Positions 57,892 through 64,000 of a DNA stretch of 64,000 nucleotides are shown here, one piece after another (position 1 is the first letter of the stretch; every line of letters begins with the position of its first letter). The stretch comes from Bacillales bacterium UBA5026 (GTDB taxonomy: Bacteria; Bacillota_I; Bacilli_A; RF39; UBA660). Where the stretch lies: assembly GCA_002416285.1 (NCBI GenBank), contig DICM01000020.1, positions 26,597 through 90,596 of the forward strand, read 5' to 3'. A program made the translations under genes and the position numbers. The notes under the pieces are model-generated. The model saw nothing but the letters and a program-made list of their open reading frames with translations, was not told where the DNA came from and ran no database searches.

Positions 57892-59751
57892 TTATGCTAA
57901 AAATTTCATTTTAACTTTAGATTGCGATTTTTCATCGGTAACATCTTGTGAAAGTTTCTCTCTATTATTAATGCGGCCTAACTCTTCTTTAAGCCTATTA
58001 TGGCTAACTTTACCTAGTAAAGATTGTGGTAACTCTTTTAAAATTTCAAAATCATAAGGAATTGCATACTTATTTAATTTCTTTTCACATAAGCGTTTTA
58101 GTTCTTGTTTAATTTCATCGTTAGCAACAAATCCCTCTTTTAAAACTATATAGGCTTTAGGAATCTCCATTTTATATGGATGGGAAACTCCAATTACTGC
58201 ACAAATAGAGACTGCAGGATGACTTTCAATAATTTTTTCAATTTCAATCGGATAAACATTTATACCACTAACTACAATCATGTCCCCTTTTCTAGAAGAA
58301 AAGTAAAATTGACCATCTTTATAATATCCTAAATCACCTGTATGTAACCAATTTTCTCTAATTGTGCGATCAGTCTCTTCTGGTTTGTTATAGTATCCTT
58401 TCATTACAGTCTCTCCAGAAACACAAATTTCCCCAACTTCGCCTTCTGTTAGTTCCTCTTTTGTATCAATTGAAACTATTTTAATGTTAGTATTCACCAT
58501 TGGAATGCCAATAGAAGATTGTGCATTATAATCCTTTGAAGCAAACGTTACTCCAGCTACCGCTTCAGCAAGACCATACCCTTTACATAATTTAGCTTTA
58601 GAGTTATGCGTTGCAAAAAAAGAATTAACTTTCTCTTCAAACTGGTCTTTAAGCATATCTCCACCAGAAACAGCATATTTTAAACAAGACATATCGATAT
58701 TTTTCATTTTCTTATTATTAATTATTCCTTGAAATAATGTAGGAACTCCTAACAAATGATTTGGTTTAACTTTTTTAAATAATTTATGAAAATTTTTTAT
58801 ATCAACCTTTGGAATTAAAACAGAGGTAACACCAAGTGACAAAGGTAAATGTATAGAACTACACAATCCAAAACCATGAAATACTGGCATGATTGTAAGC
58901 ATTTTATCTCCCACTGAAAAATTGTCTTCTGATTGTTTAAATTGATCTACCATACTATTAAAATTATGATTTGTTATCATAGCACCTTTGGGTGTTCCTG
59001 TCGTACCACCGGTTCTTAAAATAACTGCTACTTTATCTTTTTTATTTGTTCCTTTATCATCTTCAACAAATGAAACATCTTTTCCTTGTTGAACAAAGTT
59101 ATTCCAAGTTTTTGATTTATCATTTAAAGAAACTTTACTCTTTTCTAAAAATAAGGTATAAGCCATTTTTTTAAGCAGTGGCATTGAATCTTTTGGAGAA
59201 ATAACAACAATTTCTTTAATGTTAGCCTCATTTTGAATATTTTTAAATTTATTATATGATGAATCAATAGTAAAAATATATTGAGAATTAGTTTCAATAA
59301 CAAATGATTTAATTTCATCTTCTGCAGAAAATGGATGAATCATATGTGCGACTGCACCAATTTTATTTAAAGCATAAAAAGCAATAACAGCCTCTGGAGT
59401 GTTGCCCATACAAATAGTTACAATGCTTTCAGATTTAATACCATTCTTAATCATACTTTTAGCACAATCATCTATTTTTTCTATTAATTGTTGAAACGTG
59501 ATTTTCTTACCGAAATATTCAAGAGCAGTAATATCAGGATAATTATCAACATCTTTTTTTATATACTCATAAATGGTCATTTCAGGAGTCTCTGCCATAA
59601 TCTGTTTTTCAGAATAGTATTTTAACCATGGCATATCAACACTCAATTTACCAACCATTGGTCCATATATTTCACCTTTGGCAATTTTTGATAAATAGAC
59701 TTTTCTTAATTTCCATTCATTAATAGTAAGATTCCTAATCATATAGTTCAT
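57892..59751 (-). CDS. AMP-dependent acyl-CoA/acyl-ACP ligase (FadD/Aas-like)
   Basis: AMP-binding signature LRTGGTTGTPKGAM. GYGLAEA. TGDLGYY..G...SSRKGDMIVVSGINVYP. It ends 28 nt upstream of the acyltransferase gene. Confidence 0.9.
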   Translation of the reverse strand: MNYMIRNLTINEWKLRKVYLSKIAKGEIYGPMVGKLSVDMPWLKYYSEKQIMAETPEMTIYEYIKKDVDNYPDITALEYFGKKITFQQLIEKIDDCAKSMIKNGIKSESIVTICMGNTPEAVIAFYALNKIGAVAHMIHPFSAEDEIKSFVIETNSQYIFTIDSSYNKFKNIQNEANIKEIVVISPKDSMPLLKKMAYTLFLEKSKVSLNDKSKTWNNFVQQGKDVSFVEDDKGTNKKDKVAVILRTGGTTGTPKGAMITNHNFNSMVDQFKQSEDNFSVGDKMLTIMPVFHGFGLCSSIHLPLSLGVTSVLIPKVDIKNFHKLFKKVKPNHLLGVPTLFQGIINNKKMKNIDMSCLKYAVSGGDMLKDQFEEKVNSFFATHNSKAKLCKGYGLAEAVAGVTFASKDYNAQSSIGIPMVNTNIKIVSIDTKEELTEGEVGEICVSGETVMKGYYNKPEETDRTIRENWLHTGDLGYYKDGQFYFSSRKGDMIVVSGINVYPIEIEKIIESHPAVSICAVIGVSHPYKMEIPKAYIVLKEGFVANDEIKQELKRLCEKKLNKYAIPYDFEILKELPQSLLGKVSHNRLKEELGRINNREKLSQDVTDEKSQSKVKMKFLA

Positions 59752-59768
59752 CCCCTTTTATGGCCTGT

Positions 59769-59796
59769 ATTATACACATAATTTTTATTTTGTCAA
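59769..59796 (-). promoter_or_regulatory. sigma-A type promoter (conserved block A, copy 2)
   Basis: Minus strand reads TTGACA (59791-59796)-16 nt-TATAAT (59769-59774). Confidence 0.75.
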
Positions 59797-60019
59797 ATTT
59801 TACCATTCCATATAAAATTCATATGGTAAATATAATTAATACATAAATTCATTTAATGGATAATTTTAATAATTATTTATAAAAAGATGTCGGAATATAC
59901 AATAGTCTTATCTATTGTAATTATAACACAAACTTTCTTTAAAAGACCGATTTAAAGAAGAAATTAAAGAAAAAAAGAGTTTTTTATACTCTTTTGGCAA
60001 ACATTGTGTAAAATAACAA

Positions 60020-60583
60020 CTATTTTACTAATCTTTTTTGTCCTGAAAAATCTACTAATTTATCTTCATTACCAACTAAAGTTTCCTTTTCATTTGATAT
60101 ATCCAAAGCATTTTTAGATACTAAATCAATTTTTTGAATCAATTGATAATTTTGATAGAAACTTGCAACTCCATTAAAATCTATAAAAACTACCATTATC
60201 ATATTTTCAGTTTGTTCTCGAAATAGCAAATCCTTTTTGCTTATCCGATCATCCCTATATATATCATAGAGATTTTCAAAGCCCCTTGTAGCTTTTAAGG
60301 ATTTACCATCATATCTCGTTACATACCAATCATTGTCGGTAACCGTTTCATATATTATTGTTTGAGTTTCTTTTCTATATACCGCATAATAATAATCGCT
60401 AAAAGTAGTATCCTTTTTTTTAATATCTTCTGTTTTTGTATCACTAGTAGATGAACTGCATCCAGTAAGAACACTAGTAGTTAAAATTGGAGTTATCAAT
60501 AAATAAGTTGCTAATTTCAATTGTTGTAAAAAAGTATATTTTTTTAATGTTTTATTTTGTTCAGAATTATCCATATTTTTCAT
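60020..60583 (-). CDS. putative lipoprotein, unknown family
   Basis: Lipobox-like LLITPILTTSVLTG|CSSS. The C-terminal half (VVFIDFNGVASFYQNYQLIQKIDLVSK) is paralogous to 60760..61314. Confidence 0.7.
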   Translation of the reverse strand: MKNMDNSEQNKTLKKYTFLQQLKLATYLLITPILTTSVLTGCSSSTSDTKTEDIKKKDTTFSDYYYAVYRKETQTIIYETVTDNDWYVTRYDGKSLKATRGFENLYDIYRDDRISKKDLLFREQTENMIMVVFIDFNGVASFYQNYQLIQKIDLVSKNALDISNEKETLVGNEDKLVDFSGQKRLVK

Positions 60584-60759
60584 TAATATTTCCCCCTTTT
60601 CCTAAATTGATGCTTATACTAACACTTCTTCATTTTATTGTCAAATTATGAAACAATTCAATTGTGTAAAATAATTTCGAGAAAATAAAAATAGTAAACT
60701 TTAATCATTAGTGTTTACTATTTACAATACTTTTTTGGCAAACTATATTTAAGTAATAA

Positions 60760-61314
60760 TTACTTAATTAGTTTTTTCTGTTTTGAATATTCATGTGCCT
60801 TTTCAGGATTTGCTACTAATGTTTCAGATTCTTCAGTAATATCAATCACTTTTTTTGATACCAGATCTATTTTTTCTACTAACTGATAATTTTCATAAAA
60901 ACTCGCAACACCATTATTATCAATGAAAACTATGATACCATCTCTATTAGCTGTTTGTTCTTGAATCAGCAAATCTACTTTACTAATATCAATAGCACTA
61001 TATATTTCACTGACTTCTGTAATGCCATTACATAATCCTATATGTTTTAAATCTCTAGTATAATCCACAGATTGACCTTTATATTCAAAAGTATCATATA
61101 TTGTGGTCTTATCTTTTCCTCTAAACACATAATACTCTCTCGATTTATTGACAAAATTATTGTTTGCATTCAATTTAGCTTCATGATGCATTATAGCAAT
61201 GAACAATGGCAAAGATACTATTACCATAGCAGGAACTCGAAAAATAGACTTTTGACCACTCTCTTTATTTGTTTTTATTGGAGCATTCTGATTATTCTGC
61301 TTATAATTTTTCAT
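60760..61314 (-). CDS. membrane-anchored paralog of the 60020..60583 lipoprotein
   Basis: IVFIDNNGVASFYENYQLVEKIDLVSK is shared with the neighbouring gene. It has a TM anchor (VPAMVIVSLPLFIAIM) and no lipobox Cys. I prefer ATG 61314 (MKNYKQ) behind GGTGGA over the track start of 61335. Confidence 0.65.
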   Translation of the reverse strand: MKNYKQNNQNAPIKTNKESGQKSIFRVPAMVIVSLPLFIAIMHHEAKLNANNNFVNKSREYYVFRGKDKTTIYDTFEYKGQSVDYTRDLKHIGLCNGITEVSEIYSAIDISKVDLLIQEQTANRDGIIVFIDNNGVASFYENYQLVEKIDLVSKKVIDITEESETLVANPEKAHEYSKQKKLIK

Positions 61315-61488
61315 ATATATTCCACCATTTTCCAACTTTGAATGTATGCTAACATTTTTCTACCATACTGTCAAATTATAGATAACAATAATTGTATATC
61401 GTAGTTTTTAATTTAAACTAAACTTAATTTTCTTTGACAAATCATAACAATTACTATAAACTATAATTCTATAAAAAGGAGTTATTAT

Positions 61489-62076
61489 ATGAAAAAATAT
61501 ATAGAAATAATAAAAAATATGAAGATATGGGTTGCTGAATTAATAATGGAACTATCATCTGTCTCAAATCTCCATAATAAAGAAAAGTTTAATAGAGATG
61601 CTACTTTCTTTTTAGAAAAACGAGAAAAATTGGAGCAAGAAGTACTCATGTTGAAAAAAAGAATTGCTACCGATACTAAAATCAAATTACTACTACTAAT
61701 ACTATCAATCTTAACTACAGTGATTAGTTCAAATTTAAAACAATCAATTTTCGATTATATCTCTTCTGTAACAATAGTAATAACTGTTATAAAAACAAAA
61801 CGGATTAACACTGATATACGAAGAATAAAATTCGAAACAGAAGAGAAATGCAATAACATGATTGATGACTTTCAGTGCCTAGAAGAAATAAAAAAGACTA
61901 TTTTAGAAATCGAAAAAGAAAGAGAAAATAATCATGATAATCTAGATGAACAAGATAGTTATACTTCATTCCAAGTAAATAGTTCTATCTCTACCATAAG
62001 ACAACAACAAATTAATGAGCTTTATTCTATAAAAGAGAGTTTTAATGAAAAAGGATATCAAAAATTCAAAAAATAA
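61489..62076 (+). CDS. hypothetical membrane protein
   Basis: AAGGAG RBS. Two central TM helices flanked by charged helical regions. GGAGAGT/ACTCTCC hairpin just downstream. Confidence 0.55.
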   Translation: MKKYIEIIKNMKIWVAELIMELSSVSNLHNKEKFNRDATFFLEKREKLEQEVLMLKKRIATDTKIKLLLLILSILTTVISSNLKQSIFDYISSVTIVITVIKTKRINTDIRRIKFETEEKCNNMIDDFQCLEEIKKTILEIEKERENNHDNLDEQDSYTSFQVNSSISTIRQQQINELYSIKESFNEKGYQKFKK

Positions 62077-62156
62077 AGGAGAGTATCATAACTCTCCTCC
62101 GACTGTTGAAAAATTACTTTGTCAACAGTTTAAAATAATCGGTAATACAATACCGA

Positions 62157-62717
62157 TTATTTTTTTTGCTTTACATGTTTATCTAATGAAAGAATAGCTC
62201 TATCGATATCATCATCTTCTCGTTGAATAGCACTCTCATAAACTTTAGAACTTTTTTTCACTTCTTCGTGATATATTTTTAATAAAAAATCTGTTTTAAC
62301 CATATCTATAAAATTAATTGAATCTAAAATATGATATTGATTTAAAAGAAGTTTTATTCCTTCCATTTCACTTTCCTTCTTTGAAATTTGATTGGAATAA
62401 AAAGTATTGTTATTCATTAGTTGATCTAAAGACATTTCTTCCGTTTCTTTTTCCAATTTCAAATATTTTTGATAAATGCGAATTAATTTATTTTCCTCTG
62501 CAGGAGTTATAACCTTTTGTTCTGTTAATAACTTAATACGATAAAATGAAATGATTTGAATTATTGTTTTAGAATAGCATTCCGGATCAACCTCAAGATT
62601 CACCATAGAACTACGCTCCGCTGCACGAATTACATCTCCACCAGTCAAAGTAGTAAGTGGTATATCAAACTCTTTACCATATTGAACTAAAATTTTTTCT
62701 AAGTCTTGCTTTTTCAT
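62157..62717 (-). CDS. hypothetical soluble protein
   Basis: 186-aa ORF, helical and charged, with no recognisable motif. AATCGGTA/TACCGATT hairpin after the stop. Confidence 0.5.
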   Translation of the reverse strand: MKKQDLEKILVQYGKEFDIPLTTLTGGDVIRAAERSSMVNLEVDPECYSKTIIQIISFYRIKLLTEQKVITPAEENKLIRIYQKYLKLEKETEEMSLDQLMNNNTFYSNQISKKESEMEGIKLLLNQYHILDSINFIDMVKTDFLLKIYHEEVKKSSKVYESAIQREDDDIDRAILSLDKHVKQKK

Positions 62718-62761
62718 AAATTTCTCCTCTTTTATATCATATCATAATCCGGAAAATTTTA

Positions 62762-63274
62762 CTATTTATGATTCTTTAAGTATTCTTTAATTACTTCTAT
62801 TGTATCTAAAACCACATTGGAATTAGAACAAAAATCTACATTCTCTTCGAGTTCTTTTAAAATTGTTCTTTTAGAGAGATATTTTAATTCAAACATTCCC
62901 TCTTTCTCATTGTCAGTTAAGTTAATTTTTTGATAGTTTGGTTCAAAAACGGTATCCACTTCATAATAATTAGCAATGTATTTTGTATTCTGTCCTTGTT
63001 CAGGATAATCTCTACAATAATATTTAATAACTAAAAAAGGCTGTCTTACTTTCTTTTCAATTTCAATTCCTGTCTCTTCTTCAACTTCACGTACTAAAGC
63101 ATCCTCAAAGGTTTCTCCCTCTTCTACATGTCCCCCAATCAATTGAAAATTCTTATGCCCAAATCCTAGTAAAATTCCATTCTTATTATTCACTACAACA
63201 GCCTTTACCCTTACTACGACATTATTAATCTCATCTTCTTCTAAATAATCATAGTTATAAATTATTTCTTTCAT
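62762..63274 (-). CDS. Nudix hydrolase
   Basis: Nudix box GGHVEEGETFEDALVREVEEETGI. GAGGTGA RBS. Confidence 0.9.
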   Translation of the reverse strand: MKEIIYNYDYLEEDEINNVVVRVKAVVVNNKNGILLGFGHKNFQLIGGHVEEGETFEDALVREVEEETGIEIEKKVRQPFLVIKYYCRDYPEQGQNTKYIANYYEVDTVFEPNYQKINLTDNEKEGMFELKYLSKRTILKELEENVDFCSNSNVVLDTIEVIKEYLKNHK

Positions 63275-63278
63275 GTTA

Positions 63279-63527
63279 TCACCTCACTAGTTTTTTTAAA
63301 TACTTAGTAATTCCATCCTCATTATTAGATGCAGTTACAACTGTAGCATATTTTAATAATTCTTCAGTTGCATTTGAAACAGCAATACCAGATACCTCAA
63401 ACATTCAAATATTAAAATACTTGGCAAGTTCACTTAATGAGGTTCCCTTCGAAGCTTGTTCTGATGCGCCCACAAAGTACATCTCTTTTCCTTGAATATC
63501 AAAATTAAATGAAGCGAATACATTCAT
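63279..63527 (-). pseudogene. remnant of a Cof-type HAD-IIB phosphatase (C-terminal fragment with in-frame TGA)
   Basis: Hand translation gives MNVFASFNFDIQGKEMYFVGASEQASKGTSLSELAKYFNI*MFEVSGIAVSNATEELLKYATVVTASNNEDGITKYLKKLVR. It resembles the Cof C-terminus (..SKG.al..L....i..[GDxxND missing]M...aG.gVAM.NA....K..A..VT.SN.edGv...L). The stop is at 63405-63407. Confidence 0.55.
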
Positions 63528-63539
63528 ATTTCTCTCCTA

Positions 63540-64000
63540 TCAATTATCAAAATAATTTTTATAATCTTGCAGACCACGATTAATAAATTTATTTTTTTTC
63601 ATTCTTATTTCATCCATTAATCCAATTGCAATTTCATAGGCAAAGTCAAACTGTTTCTTTGTTATCTCACCATTTTTTAGTGCTGCTATTAATTCATTTT
63701 CATCAACTAAGGTAATGAACTCACAAGTTTCAGTTGAATAAGTTGTATCATAAACTACATCTAAATAAAGATCCTCGTAGAAAATCTCCGAATTTTTTAA
63801 TTGACTATTTAGTATAATATCAAAATAATACTCTAATATATTTCCATTATTATCAATGAAAATTCTTACATTATAAAATTTATCGCATGGTGAATATTCC
63901 ATTATTGTATAATCTTTATCCACAATTGTTATTCGTTTCCCATTAATAAACGTAGTACACTTTTGAGATGTATTAAAAATTCTTTTAAAAATAATGTAAG
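63540..64000 (-). CDS. DUF402 (Ntdp/FomD-like nucleoside di/triphosphatase) family protein, 5' end outside window
   Basis: YYFDIILNS...EIFYEDLYLDVVYD...VDENELIAALKNGEITKKQFDFA fits DUF402. The frame remains open upstream of the track's GTG (63923) to the window end (..TTFINGKRITIVDKDY..). Confidence 0.7.
   Translation of the reverse strand, partial: YIIFKRIFNTSQKCTTFINGKRITIVDKDYTIMEYSPCDKFYNVRIFIDNNGNILEYYFDIILNSQLKNSEIFYEDLYLDVVYDTTYSTETCEFITLVDENELIAALKNGEITKKQFDFAYEIAIGLMDEIRMKKNKFINRGLQDYKNYFDN

Noticed and set aside
63405-63407. In-frame TGA in the Cof-like fragment as a hint of genetic code 4 (TGA=Trp) or selenocysteine.
   Set aside because: Several genes in the window terminate cleanly at TGA or read correctly to full length under code 11 (polC, valS, polA, tex; DUF402 ends at TGA). 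No SECIS-like context was evident. A nonsense mutation in a gene remnant is the simpler reading.

Overview
This is an AT-rich chromosomal segment (by eye roughly 30% GC, not computed). It is most consistent with a low-GC Firmicute of the Erysipelotrichia/Clostridia type; that inference rests on PolC, a T-box leader and sporulation-type genes (SpoVB-, SpoIID-, PdaA- and Cse60-like). I support about 48 protein-coding genes, almost all on the minus strand. I found no rRNA, tRNA, CRISPR array or obvious mobile element. The core genes are polC, polA, valS, tex, clpC, an SPFH/NfeD pair, a YfcC-type transporter, a TIGR01212 radical SAM protein, three MOP flippases and several cell-wall hydrolases. 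Two accessory systems sit between these core genes. (1) A pilin system: two tandem giant proteins (about 750 aa) carry a prepilin N-terminus, beta-sandwich modules, two thrombospondin type-1 repeats and a divergent Cys-rich C-terminal domain (12.8-17.6 kb). Three tandem monocistronic short pilin genes with a localized variable patch lie at 30.1-31.8 kb. No pilus assembly genes are in the window. (2) A duplicated module at 48.6-59.8 kb. Each copy pairs a polytopic hybrid histidine kinase (HisKA-HATPase-REC-REC-Hpt) with a HAD/PlsC-type acyltransferase fusion. One copy also has an acyl-AMP ligase. The copies share promoter and terminator blocks. Other points: a T-box leader hidden inside an over-extended ORF upstream of an HD-hydrolase/valS operon, an untracked 57-aa Cse60-like ORF, and a decayed Cof-type HAD gene remnant. 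All calls come from reading motifs in the given translations and DNA. No database search was run.
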